Positions 1 through 14,956 of a stretch of DNA of 64,000 nucleotides are shown in pieces. Under the pieces are notes generated by a model. That model was not told the DNA's origin, ran no database searches, and saw only the letters and a list, made by a program, of their open reading frames with translations. Source of the stretch: Escherichia coli (GTDB lineage Bacteria > Pseudomonadota > Gammaproteobacteria > Enterobacterales > Enterobacteriaceae); the NCBI RefSeq assembly GCF_001677475.2, contig NZ_CP015229.1, one strand, 5' to 3'. The position numbers and the translations under genes are program-made. Numbering within the stretch: the first letter of the stretch is position 1; each line of letters starts with the position of its first letter.

Positions 1-1150
<1,150 letters not shown>

Positions 1151-1243
1151 ACAACGCCGAAGCTGTTTTGGCGGATTGAGAGAAGATTTTCAGCCTGATA
1201 CAGATTAAATCAGAACGCAGAAGCGGTCTGATAAAACAGAATT

Positions 1244-1363
1244 TGCCTGGCGGCCGTAGCGCGGTGGTCCCACCTGACCCCATGCCGAACTCAGAAGTGA
1301 AACGCCGTAGCGCCGATGGTAGTGTGGGGTCTCCCCATGCGAGAGTAGGGAACTGCCAGGCAT
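1244..1363 (+). rRNA. rrfB: 5S ribosomal RNA
   Basis: 120-nt sequence UGCCUGGCGGC...GGAACUGCCAGGCAU, canonical enterobacterial 5S. Confidence 0.97.
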
Positions 1364-1366
1364 CAA

Positions 1367-1410
1367 ATAAAACGAAAGGCTCAGTCGAAAGACTGGGCCT
1401 TTCGTTTTAT
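1367..1410 (+). terminator. rrn operon T1 intrinsic terminator
   Basis: Hairpin AAACGAAAGGCUCAGUCGAAAGACUGGGCCUUUCGUUUU followed by U-rich tract; matches the classic rrnB T1 sequence used in cloning vectors. Confidence 0.9.
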
Positions 1411-1543
1411 CTGTTGTTTGTCGGTGAACGCTCTCCTGAGTAGGACAAATCCGCCGGGAGCGGATTTGAACGTTGCGAAGCAACGGCCCGGAGGGTGGCG
1501 GGCAGGACGCCCGCCATAAACTGCCAGGCATCAAATTAAGCAG

Positions 1544-1580
1544 AAGGCCCGGTCGGAAGACTGGGCCTTTTTGCGTTTCT
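1544..1580 (+). terminator. rrn operon T2-like intrinsic terminator
   Basis: Hairpin GGCCCGGUCGGAAGACUGGGCC followed by UUUUUGCGUUU; preceded by a short copy of the 5S 3' end (CUGCCAGGCAUCAAAU). Confidence 0.75.
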
Positions 1581-1665
1581 ACAAACTCTCCCTGTCGTCA
1601 TAACTACAAGCCATCCCCCCACAGATACGGTAAACTAGCCTCGTTTTTGCATCAGGAAAGCAGCT

Positions 1666-2694
1666 ATGAACCACTCCTTAAAACCCTGGAACACATTTGG
1701 CATTGATCATAATGCTCAGCACATTGTATGTGCCGAAGACGAACAACAACTACTCAATGCCTGGCAGCATGCAACCGCAGAAGGGCAACCCGTTCTTATT
1801 CTGGGTGAAGGAAGTAATGTACTTTTTCTGGAAGACTATCGCGGCACGGTGATCATCAACCGGATCAAAGGTATCGAAATTCATGATGAACCTGATGCGT
1901 GGTATTTACATGTAGGAGCCGGAGAAAACTGGCATCGCCTGGTAAAATACACTTTGCAGGAAGGTATGCCTGGTCTGGAAAATCTGGCATTAATTCCTGG
2001 TTGTGTCGGCTCATCACCTATCCAGAATATTGGTGCTTATGGCGTAGAATTACAGCGAGTTTGCGCTTATGTTGACTGTGTTGAACTGGCGACAGGCAAG
2101 CAAGTGCGCTTAACTGCCAAAGAGTGCCGTTTTGGCTATCGCGACAGTATTTTTAAACATGAATACCAGGACCGCTTCGCTATTGTAGCCGTAGGTCTGC
2201 GTCTGCCAAAAGAGTGGCAACCTGTACTAACGTATGGTGACTTAACTCGTCTGGATCCTACAACAGTAACGCCACAGCAAGTATTTAATGCGGTGTGTCA
2301 TATGCGCACCACCAAACTCCCTGATCCAAAAGTGAATGGCAATGCCGGTAGTTTCTTCAAAAACCCTGTTGTATCTGCCGAAATGGCTAAAGCATTACTG
2401 GCTCAATTTCCAACAGCACCAAATTACCCCCAGGTGGATGGTTCAGTAAAACTGGCAGCAGGTTGGCTTATCGATCAGTGCCAGCTAAAAGGGATGCAAA
2501 TGGGTGGGGCTGCGGTGCACCGTCAACAGGCGTTAGTTCTCATCAATGAAGGCAATGCAAAAAGCGAAGATGTGGTGCAACTGGCACACCATGTAAGACA
2601 AAAAGTGGGTGAAAAATTTAATGTCTGGCTTGAGCCTGAAGTTCGCTTTATTGGTGCATCAGGTGAAGTTAGCGCAGTGGAGACGATTTCATGA
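1666..2694 (+). CDS. murB: UDP-N-acetylenolpyruvoylglucosamine reductase
   Basis: 342-aa ORF, ATG start, matches recalled MurB; 4-bp overlap with birA. Confidence 0.96.
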   Translation: MNHSLKPWNTFGIDHNAQHIVCAEDEQQLLNAWQHATAEGQPVLILGEGSNVLFLEDYRGTVIINRIKGIEIHDEPDAWYLHVGAGENWHRLVKYTLQEGMPGLENLALIPGCVGSSPIQNIGAYGVELQRVCAYVDCVELATGKQVRLTAKECRFGYRDSIFKHEYQDRFAIVAVGLRLPKEWQPVLTYGDLTRLDPTTVTPQQVFNAVCHMRTTKLPDPKVNGNAGSFFKNPVVSAEMAKALLAQFPTAPNYPQVDGSVKLAAGWLIDQCQLKGMQMGGAAVHRQQALVLINEGNAKSEDVVQLAHHVRQKVGEKFNVWLEPEVRFIGASGEVSAVETIS

Positions 2695-3656
2695 AGGATA
2701 ATACCGTTCCGCTGAAATTAATCGCGCTGTTAGCGAATGGCGAATTTCACTCTGGTGAGCAGTTGGGTGAAACGTTAGGAATGAGCCGGGCGGCTATTAA
2801 TAAACACATTCAGACACTGCGTGACTGGGGCGTTGATGTCTTTACCGTTCCGGGTAAAGGATACAGCCTGCCTGAGCCTATCCAGTTACTTAATGCTGAA
2901 CAGATATTGGGTCAGCTGGATGGCGGTAGTGTAACTGTGCTGCCAGTGATTGACTCCACGAATCAGTACCTTCTTGATCGTATCGGAGAGCTTAAATCGG
3001 GCGATGCCTGCGTTGCAGAATACCAGCAGGCTGGCCGTGGTCGCCGGGGTCGGAAATGGTTTTCGCCTTTTGGCGCAAACTTATATTTGTCGATGTTCTG
3101 GCGTCTGGAACAAGGCCCGGCGGCGGCGATTGGTTTAAGTCTGGTTATCGGTATCGTGATGGCGGAAGTATTACGCAAGCTGGGTGCAGATAAAGTTCGT
3201 GTTAAATGGCCTAATGACCTCTATCTGCAGGATCGCAAGCTGGCAGGCATTCTTGTGGAGCTGACTGGCAAAACCGGCGATGCGGCGCAAATAGTCATTG
3301 GAGCCGGGATCAACATGGCAATGCGTCGTGTTGAAGAGAGTGTCGTTAATCAGGGGTGGATCACGCTGCAGGAAGCGGGGATCAATCTCGATCGTAATAC
3401 GTTGGCGGCCATGCTAATACGTGAATTACGCGCGGCGCTGGAACTCTTCGAACAAGAAGGATTGGTACCTTATCTTTCGCGCTGGGAAAAGCTGGATAAT
3501 TTTATTAATCGCCCAGTGAAACTTATCATTGGTGATAAAGAAATATTTGGCATTTCACGCGGAATAGACAAACAGGGCGCTTTATTGCTTGAGCAGGATG
3601 GAATAATAAAACCCTGGATGGGCGGTGAAATATCCCTGCGTAGTGCAGAAAAATAA
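2691..3656 (+). CDS. birA: Biotin-[acetyl-CoA-carboxylase] ligase / bio operon repressor
   Basis: 321-aa ORF with N-terminal HTH and biotin ligase GRGRRGR motif; ATGA overlap with murB stop. Confidence 0.96.
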   Translation: MKDNTVPLKLIALLANGEFHSGEQLGETLGMSRAAINKHIQTLRDWGVDVFTVPGKGYSLPEPIQLLNAEQILGQLDGGSVTVLPVIDSTNQYLLDRIGELKSGDACVAEYQQAGRGRRGRKWFSPFGANLYLSMFWRLEQGPAAAIGLSLVIGIVMAEVLRKLGADKVRVKWPNDLYLQDRKLAGILVELTGKTGDAAQIVIGAGINMAMRRVEESVVNQGWITLQEAGINLDRNTLAAMLIRELRAALELFEQEGLVPYLSRWEKLDNFINRPVKLIIGDKEIFGISRGIDKQGALLLEQDGIIKPWMGGEISLRSAEK

Positions 3657-3657
3657 G

Positions 3658-3682
3658 AAGGGGAGCATTAGCTCCCCTGTAA
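3658..3682. terminator. Bidirectional intrinsic terminator between convergent birA and coaA
   Basis: Palindrome AAGGGGAGC-AUUA-GCUCCCCU flanked by A/T-rich runs on both sides. Confidence 0.7.
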
Positions 3683-3683
3683 A

Positions 3684-4634
3684 TTATTTGCGTAGTCTGA
3701 CCTCTTCTACCGCATGATTAGCACTTTTCGTCAGGATTAAACTGGCGCGCTCGCGAGTAGGTAGAATATTTTGCTTTAAGTTCAGCCAGTTGATCTCTTT
3801 CCACAATGTCATGGCTGTCTTAATCGCTTCTTCTTTAGTTAATTTCGCGTAGTTATGAAAATAGGAATCCGGGTCTGTAAAAGCCCCTTCGCGGAATTTC
3901 AGAAAACGGTTGATATACCACGTCTGAAGTAAGTCTTCCGGTGCATCAACATATATCGAAAAATCGACAAAATCAGAAACAAATACATGATGTGGATCGT
4001 GTGGATAATCCATCCCGCTCTGTAAGACATTTAACCCTTCAAGAATTAAAATATCAGGCTGAACAACAGTTTTATCTCCATCCGGGATCACATCATAAAT
4101 AAGATGCGAGTAAACAGGGGCTGTAACGTTTGGCACGCCGGATTTGAGATCGGAAACAAACTTCACCAGGCGATGCATATCATACGATTCCGGGAAGCCT
4201 TTCTTCTTCATCAGACCACGTTCTTTCAGAACCTGATTAGGGTGAAGGAAGCCATCTGTAGTGATCAGTTCAACACGACGATGTTCCGGCCAACGGCTTA
4301 ATAGCGCCTGCAATACACGGGCGGTTGTACTTTTCCCCACCGCGACACTACCAGCAATACTGATAATGTAAGGAATGCGTTGCCCGTTGGTACCAAGAAA
4401 CTGTTCCAGAACTGCCTGACGGCGCAGATTCGAGCTTATATAGAAGTTCAGCAAACGTGACAGAGGTAAATAGATCTCGGCAACTTCTTCTAACGAGAGA
4501 TCTTCATTAATACCTTTGAGACGGGCGATCTCATCTTCCGATAACGTCATAGGTACGGAATCACGCAGAGCTGCCCACTGGTTGCGGTCAAACTGTAGGT
4601 AAGGCGTCATTAACGTTTGCTCTTTTATACTCAT
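3684..4634 (-). CDS. coaA: Pantothenate kinase (type I)
   Basis: ORF track gives 323 aa; start set to internal ATG giving 316 aa ([15 protein letters not shown]...), P-loop GSVAVGKST. Confidence 0.93.
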
Positions 4635-4951
4635 AAGCATGTTTCTGGCGGTCATAGCTCTATCGGCAAGCGATATTTGCCATGGCGCGTCACAGTTCTG
4701 TTGAATGGGTCAATGGGCAGGAGGGTAACACCAGATGGGGAGGAATAATAAGAAAAAATCTCTCCCAGGAAGCTATCGTTGAAAAGCAATGTGACAGATA
4801 TTCCATCCGATAAAAAGAATTATGGTTTAGCAGGAGCGCATTGTTGAGCACAATGATGTTGAAAAAGTGTGCTAATCTGCCCTCCATTCGGCTGTTTCTT
4901 CATCGTGTCGCATAAAATGTGACCAATAAAACAAATTATGCAATTTTTTAG

Positions 4952-4980
4952 TTGCATGAACTCGCATGTCTCCATAGAAT
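4952..4980 (+). promoter_or_regulatory. Sigma70 promoter of the thrU-tyrU-glyT-thrT-tufB operon
   Basis: -35 TTGCAT, 17-bp spacer, -10 TAGAAT about 15 nt upstream of thrU; AT-rich UP-like tract immediately upstream. Confidence 0.6.
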
Positions 4981-4994
4981 GCGCGCTACTTGAT

Positions 4995-5070
<76 letters not shown>

Positions 5071-5078
5071 TCAAGTCC

Positions 5079-5163
<85 letters not shown>

Positions 5164-5279
5164 ATTTCGGCCACGCGATGGCGTAGCCCGAGACGATAAG
5201 TTCGCTTACCGGCTCGAATAAAGAGAGCTTCTCTCGATATTCAGTGCAGAATGAAAATCAGGTAGCCGAGTTCCAGGAT

Positions 5280-5354
<75 letters not shown>

Positions 5355-5360
5355 AGATGT

Positions 5361-5436
5361 GCTGATATAGCTCAGTTGGTAGAGCGCACCCTTGGTAAGG
5401 GTGAGGTCGGCAGTTCGAATCTGCCTATCAGCACCA
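5361..5436 (+). tRNA. thrT: tRNA-Thr (anticodon GGU)
   Basis: 76-nt sequence GCUGAUAUAGCUCAGUUGGUAGAGC...CUAUCAGCACCA. Confidence 0.95.
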
Positions 5437-5514
5437 CTTCTTTTCTCCTTCCTGTTTTTTCCTTCTGTTTATTGCATTCAACAAGTCGGGCATGTTGCCT
5501 GGTTGATGTGGTGA

Positions 5515-6735
<1,221 letters not shown>

Positions 6736-6763
6736 TTGCCGATAACATTTGACGCAATGCGCA

Positions 6764-6795
6764 CTAAAAGGGCATCATTTGATGCCCTTTTTGCA
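6764..6795 (+). terminator. tufB intrinsic terminator
   Basis: Hairpin AAAAGGGCAUCAUUUGAUGCCCUUUUUG. Confidence 0.8.
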
Positions 6796-6964
6796 CGCTT
6801 TCGTACCAGAACCTGGCTCATCAGTGATTTTCTTTGTCATAATCATTGCTGAGACAGGCTCTGTTGAGGGCGTATAATCCGAAAAGCTAATACGCGTTTC
6901 GATTTGGTTTGCCTCGCGATCGCGGGGTGAAAATGTTTGTAGAAAACTTCTGACAGGTTGGTTT

Positions 6965-7348
6965 ATGAGTGCGAATACCGAAGCTCAAGGAAGCGGGCGC
7001 GGCCTGGAAGCGATGAAGTGGGTCGTTGTGGTGGCATTGCTCCTGGTGGCGATTGTCGGCAACTATCTTTATCGCGACATTATGCTGCCGCTGCGTGCGC
7101 TGGCCGTAGTAATTCTGATTGCTGCAGCGGGTGGTGTCGCGCTGTTAACGACAAAAGGTAAAGCTACCGTTGCTTTTGCCCGTGAAGCGCGTACCGAAGT
7201 CCGTAAGGTCATTTGGCCGACTCGCCAGGAAACATTGCACACCACGCTGATTGTGGCTGCGGTTACCGCAGTAATGTCACTGATCCTGTGGGGACTGGAT
7301 GGTATTCTGGTTCGCCTGGTATCCTTTATCACTGGCCTGAGGTTCTGA
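6965..7348 (+). CDS. secE: Protein translocase subunit SecE
   Basis: 127-aa ORF with three TM segments; immediately precedes nusG. Confidence 0.96.
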
Positions 7349-7349
7349 G

Positions 7350-7895
7350 ATGTCTGAAGCTCCTAAAAAGCGCTGGTACGTCGTTCAGGCGTTTTCCGGT
7401 TTTGAAGGCCGCGTAGCAACGTCGCTGCGTGAGCATATCAAATTACACAACATGGAAGATTTGTTTGGTGAAGTCATGGTACCAACCGAAGAAGTGGTTG
7501 AAATCCGTGGCGGTCAGCGTCGCAAAAGCGAACGTAAATTCTTCCCTGGCTACGTCCTCGTTCAGATGGTGATGAACGACGCGAGCTGGCACCTGGTGCG
7601 CAGCGTACCGCGTGTGATGGGCTTCATCGGTGGTACTTCCGATCGTCCTGCGCCAATCAGCGATAAAGAAGTCGATGCGATTATGAACCGCCTGCAGCAG
7701 GTTGGTGATAAGCCGCGTCCGAAAACGCTGTTTGAACCGGGTGAAATGGTCCGTGTTAATGATGGTCCGTTCGCTGACTTCAACGGTGTTGTTGAAGAAG
7801 TGGATTACGAGAAATCTCGTCTGAAAGTGTCTGTTTCTATCTTCGGTCGTGCGACCCCGGTAGAGCTGGACTTCAGCCAGGTTGAAAAAGCCTAA
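7350..7895 (+). CDS. nusG: Transcription termination/antitermination factor NusG
   Basis: 181-aa ORF with NGN and KOW regions. Confidence 0.97.
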
Positions 7896-7934
7896 CCCAG
7901 CGATCAAAAAAGCGGCGATTTAATCGTTGCACAA

Positions 7935-7975
7935 GGCGCGAGATTGGAATACAATTTCGCGCCTTTTGTTTTTAT
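7935..7975 (+). terminator. Intrinsic terminator/attenuator downstream of nusG
   Basis: Hairpin GGCGCGAGAUUGGAAUACAAUUUCGCGCC followed by UUUUGUUUUU. Confidence 0.7.
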
Positions 7976-7990
7976 GGGCCTTGCCCGTAA

Positions 7991-9190
<1,200 letters not shown>

Positions 9191-9602
9191 TGCCTTTACG
9201 TGGGCGGTGATTTTGTCTACAATCTTACCCCCACGTATAATGCTTAATGCAGACGTATATCCGAGATATTCGGGTTGTGGCAAGGCGGCAACTGAGTGAG
9301 TCGCCAGGAGCATAGCTAACTATGTGACTGGTGCGAACGAAGGAAGCCAACGCCGCCACAAGCTGAATAGCGACGGATAGAAAAGATTTGTTCGTTGGAG
9401 CCTGGCCTATCCAGGCCTCCGTCGAAGACCGCAGGAGTTTCGCAAGAAACTTAATCCCCTGCGTAGACGGTGACAGAACGCTAAGATTATTCTTTTATAT
9501 TCTGGCTTGTTTCTGCTCACCGTAATTAAGACGCTCTCTCCGTTTGGAGGAGTGAAGTGAGTTCCAGAGATTTTCTCTGGCAAACATCCAGGAGCAAAGC
9601 TA
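9191..9602 (+). promoter_or_regulatory. rplJL-rpoBC promoter and long structured leader (L10-L7/L12 autoregulatory region)
   Basis: 412-nt non-coding gap before rplJ at the position of the known L10 leader; no ORF of 60 aa or more on the sense strand. Confidence 0.6.
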
Positions 9603-10100
9603 ATGGCTTTAAATCTTCAAGACAAACAAGCGATTGTTGCTGAAGTCAGCGAAGTAGCCAAAGGCGCGCTGTCTGCAGTAGTTGCGGATTCCCGTGGCGT
9701 AACTGTAGATAAAATGACTGAACTGCGTAAAGCAGGTCGCGAAGCTGGCGTATACATGCGTGTTGTTCGTAACACCCTGCTGCGCCGTGCTGTTGAAGGT
9801 ACTCCGTTCGAGTGCCTGAAAGACGCGTTTGTTGGTCCGACCCTGATTGCATACTCTATGGAACACCCGGGCGCTGCTGCTCGTCTGTTCAAAGAGTTCG
9901 CGAAAGCGAATGCAAAATTTGAGGTCAAAGCCGCTGCCTTTGAAGGTGAGCTGATCCCGGCGTCTCAGATCGACCGCCTGGCAACTCTGCCGACCTACGA
10001 AGAAGCAATTGCACGCCTGATGGCAACCATGAAAGAAGCTTCGGCTGGCAAACTGGTTCGTACTCTGGCTGCTGTACGCGATGCGAAAGAAGCTGCTTAA
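9603..10100 (+). CDS. rplJ: 50S ribosomal protein L10
   Basis: 165-aa ORF. Confidence 0.98.
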
Positions 10101-10166
10101 TCGCAGTTATCTTTTTAACGCATTCGCTTACGTATAAACTTATTCTGATATTCAGGAACAATTTAA

Positions 10167-10532
<366 letters not shown>

Positions 10533-10570
10533 GCCAACCCTTCCGGTTGCAGCCTGAGAAATCAGGCTGA

Positions 10571-10602
10571 TGGCTGGTGACTTTTTAGTCACCAGCCTTT
10601 TT
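10571..10602 (+). terminator. rplL-rpoB intergenic attenuator (partial terminator)
   Basis: Hairpin GGCUGGUGACUUUUUAGUCACCAGCC followed by UUUUUG, in the 319-nt rplL-rpoB spacer. Confidence 0.75.
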
Positions 10603-10851
10603 GCGCTGTAAGGCGCCAGTAGCGTTTCACACTGTTTGACTACTGCTGTGCCTTTCAATGCTTGTTTCTATCGACGACTTAATATACTGCGACAGGACGT
10701 CCGTTCTGTGTAAATCGCAATGAAATGGTTTAAGCGTGATAGCAACAGGCATTGCGGAAAGTGTTCCATTTTCCGGTCAACAAAATAGTGTTGCACAAAC
10801 TGTCCGCTCAATGGACAGATGGGTCGACTTGTCAGCGAGCTGAGGAACCCT

Positions 10852-13800
10852 ATGGTTTACTCCTATACCGAGAAAAAACGTATTCGTAAGGATTTTGGTA
10901 AACGTCCACAAGTTCTGGATGTACCTTATCTCCTTTCTATCCAGCTTGACTCGTTTCAGAAATTTATCGAGCAAGATCCTGAAGGGCAGTATGGTCTGGA
11001 AGCTGCTTTCCGTTCCGTATTCCCGATTCAGAGCTACAGCGGTAATTCCGAGCTGCAATACGTCAGCTACCGCCTTGGCGAACCGGTGTTTGACGTCCAG
11101 GAATGTCAAATCCGTGGCGTGACCTATTCCGCACCGCTGCGCGTTAAACTGCGTCTGGTGATCTATGAGCGCGAAGCGCCGGAAGGCACCGTAAAAGACA
11201 TTAAAGAACAAGAAGTCTACATGGGCGAAATTCCGCTCATGACAGACAACGGTACCTTTGTTATCAACGGTACTGAGCGTGTTATCGTTTCCCAGCTGCA
11301 CCGTAGTCCGGGCGTCTTCTTTGACTCCGACAAAGGTAAAACCCACTCTTCGGGTAAAGTGCTGTATAACGCGCGCATCATCCCTTACCGTGGTTCCTGG
11401 CTGGACTTCGAATTCGATCCGAAGGACAACCTGTTCGTACGTATCGACCGTCGCCGTAAACTGCCTGCGACCATCATTCTGCGCGCCCTGAACTACACCA
11501 CAGAGCAGATCCTCGACCTGTTCTTTGAAAAAGTTATCTTTGAAATCCGTGATAACAAGCTGCAGATGGAACTGGTGCCGGAACGCCTGCGTGGTGAAAC
11601 CGCATCTTTTGACATCGAAGCTAACGGTAAAGTGTACGTAGAAAAAGGCCGCCGTATCACTGCGCGCCACATTCGCCAGCTGGAAAAAGACGACGTCAAA
11701 CTGATCGAAGTCCCGGTTGAGTACATCGCAGGTAAAGTGGTTGCTAAAGACTATATTGATGAGTCTACCGGCGAGCTGATCTGCGCAGCGAACATGGAGC
11801 TGAGCCTGGATCTGCTGGCTAAGCTGAGCCAGTCTGGTCACAAGCGTATCGAAACGCTGTTCACCAACGACCTGGATCACGGCCCGTATATCTCTGAAAC
11901 CTTACGTGTCGACCCAACTAACGACCGTCTGAGCGCACTGGTAGAAATCTACCGCATGATGCGCCCTGGCGAGCCGCCGACTCGTGAAGCAGCTGAAAGC
12001 CTGTTCGAGAACCTGTTCTTCTCCGAAGACCGTTATGACCTGTCTGCGGTTGGTCGTATGAAGTTCAACCGTTCTCTGCTGCGCGAAGAAATCGAAGGTT
12101 CCGGTATCCTGAGCAAAGACGACATCATTGATGTTATGAAAAAACTCATCGATATCCGTAACGGTAAAGGCGAAGTCGATGATATCGACCACCTCGGCAA
12201 CCGTCGTATCCGTTCCGTTGGCGAAATGGCGGAAAACCAGTTCCGCGTTGGCCTGGTACGTGTAGAGCGTGCGGTGAAAGAGCGTCTGTCTCTGGGCGAT
12301 CTGGATACCCTGATGCCTCAGGATATGATCAACGCCAAGCCGATTTCCGCAGCAGTGAAAGAGTTCTTCGGTTCCAGCCAGTTGTCTCAGTTTATGGACC
12401 AGAACAACCCGCTGTCTGAGATTACGCACAAACGTCGTATCTCCGCACTCGGCCCAGGCGGTCTGACCCGTGAACGTGCAGGCTTCGAAGTTCGAGACGT
12501 ACACCCGACTCACTACGGTCGCGTATGTCCAATCGAAACCCCTGAAGGTCCGAACATCGGTCTGATCAACTCTCTGTCCGTGTACGCACAGACTAACGAA
12601 TACGGCTTCCTTGAGACTCCGTATCGTAAAGTGACTGACGGTGTTGTAACCGACGAAATTCACTACCTGTCTGCTATCGAAGAAGGCAACTACGTTATCG
12701 CTCAGGCGAACTCCAACCTGGATGAAGAAGGCCACTTCGTAGAAGACCTGGTAACTTGCCGTAGCAAAGGCGAATCCAGCTTGTTCAGCCGCGACCAGGT
12801 TGACTACATGGACGTATCCACTCAGCAGGTGGTATCCGTCGGTGCGTCCCTGATCCCGTTCCTGGAACACGATGACGCCAACCGTGCATTGATGGGTGCG
12901 AACATGCAACGTCAGGCCGTTCCGACTCTGCGCGCTGATAAGCCGCTGGTTGGTACGGGTATGGAACGTGCTGTTGCCGTTGACTCCGGTGTAACTGCGG
13001 TTGCTAAACGTGGCGGTGTCGTTCAGTACGTGGATGCTTCCCGTATCGTTATCAAAGTTAACGAAGACGAGATGTATCCGGGTGAAGCAGGTATCGACAT
13101 CTACAACCTGACCAAATACACCCGTTCTAACCAGAACACCTGTATCAACCAGATGCCGTGTGTGTCTCTGGGTGAACCGGTAGAACGTGGCGACGTGCTG
13201 GCAGACGGTCCGTCCACCGACCTCGGTGAACTGGCGCTTGGTCAGAACATGCGCGTAGCGTTCATGCCGTGGAATGGTTACAACTTCGAAGACTCCATCC
13301 TCGTATCCGAGCGTGTTGTTCAGGAAGACCGTTTCACCACCATCCACATTCAGGAACTGGCGTGTGTGTCCCGTGACACCAAGCTGGGGCCGGAAGAGAT
13401 CACCGCTGACATCCCGAACGTGGGTGAAGCTGCGCTCTCCAAACTGGATGAATCCGGTATCGTTTACATTGGTGCGGAAGTGACCGGTGGTGACATTCTG
13501 GTTGGTAAGGTAACGCCGAAAGGTGAAACTCAGCTGACCCCAGAAGAAAAACTGCTGCGTGCGATCTTCGGTGAGAAAGCGTCTGACGTTAAAGACTCTT
13601 CTCTGCGCGTACCAAACGGTGTATCCGGTACGGTTATCGACGTTCAGGTCTTTACTCGCGATGGCGTAGAAAAAGACAAACGTGCGCTGGAAATCGAAGA
13701 AATGCAGCTCAAACAGGCGAAGAAAGACCTGTCTGAAGAACTGCAGATCCTCGAAGCGGGTCTGTTCAGCCGTATCCGTGCTGTGCTGGTAGCCGGTGGC

Positions 13801-14880
13801 GTTGAAGCTGAGAAGCTCGACAAACTGCCGCGCGATCGCTGGCTGGAGCTGGGCCTGACCGACGAAGAGAAACAAAATCAGCTGGAACAGCTGGCTGAGC
13901 AGTATGACGAACTGAAACACGAGTTCGAGAAGAAACTCGAAGCGAAACGCCGCAAAATCACCCAGGGCGACGATCTGGCACCGGGCGTGCTGAAGATTGT
14001 TAAGGTATATCTGGCGGTTAAACGCCGTATCCAGCCTGGTGACAAGATGGCAGGTCGTCACGGTAACAAGGGTGTAATTTCTAAGATCAACCCGATCGAA
14101 GATATGCCTTACGATGAAAACGGTACGCCGGTAGACATCGTACTGAACCCGCTGGGCGTACCGTCTCGTATGAACATCGGTCAGATCCTCGAAACCCACC
14201 TGGGTATGGCTGCGAAAGGTATCGGCGACAAGATCAACGCCATGCTGAAACAGCAGCAAGAAGTCGCGAAACTGCGCGAATTCATCCAGCGTGCTTACGA
14301 TCTGGGCGCTGACGTTCGTCAGAAAGTTGACCTGAGTACCTTCAGCGATGAAGAAGTTATGCGTCTGGCTGAAAACCTGCGCAAAGGTATGCCAATCGCA
14401 ACGCCGGTCTTCGACGGTGCGAAAGAAGCAGAAATTAAAGAGCTGCTGAAACTTGGCGACCTGCCGACTTCTGGTCAGATCCGCCTGTACGACGGTCGCA
14501 CTGGTGAACAGTTCGAACGTCCGGTAACCGTTGGTTACATGTACATGCTGAAACTGAACCACCTGGTCGACGACAAGATGCACGCGCGTTCCACCGGTTC
14601 TTACAGCCTGGTTACTCAGCAGCCGCTGGGTGGTAAGGCACAGTTCGGTGGTCAGCGTTTCGGGGAGATGGAAGTGTGGGCGCTGGAAGCATACGGCGCA
14701 GCATACACCCTGCAGGAAATGCTCACCGTTAAGTCTGATGACGTGAACGGTCGTACCAAGATGTATAAAAACATCGTGGACGGCAACCATCAGATGGAGC
14801 CGGGCATGCCAGAATCCTTCAACGTATTGTTGAAAGAGATTCGTTCGCTGGGTATCAACATCGAACTGGAAGACGAGTAA
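10852..14880 (+). CDS. rpoB: DNA-directed RNA polymerase subunit beta
   Basis: ORF track gives 1353 aa from an upstream GTG/TTG; start set to ATG giving 1342 aa ([20 protein letters not shown]...). Confidence 0.97.
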
Positions 14881-14956
14881 TTCTCGCTCAAACAGGTCAC
14901 TGCTGTCGGGGTAAAACCCGGCAGCGGATTGTGCTAACTCCGACGGGAGCAAATCC

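Noticed and set aside
4690-4887. 65-codon minus-strand ORF in the coaA / tRNA-operon divergent promoter region
   Set aside because: It lies in the AT-rich promoter/UP-element region of the thrU-tufB operon, has no Shine-Dalgarno sequence, and the product is hydrophobic low-complexity sequence typical of translated AT-rich DNA.
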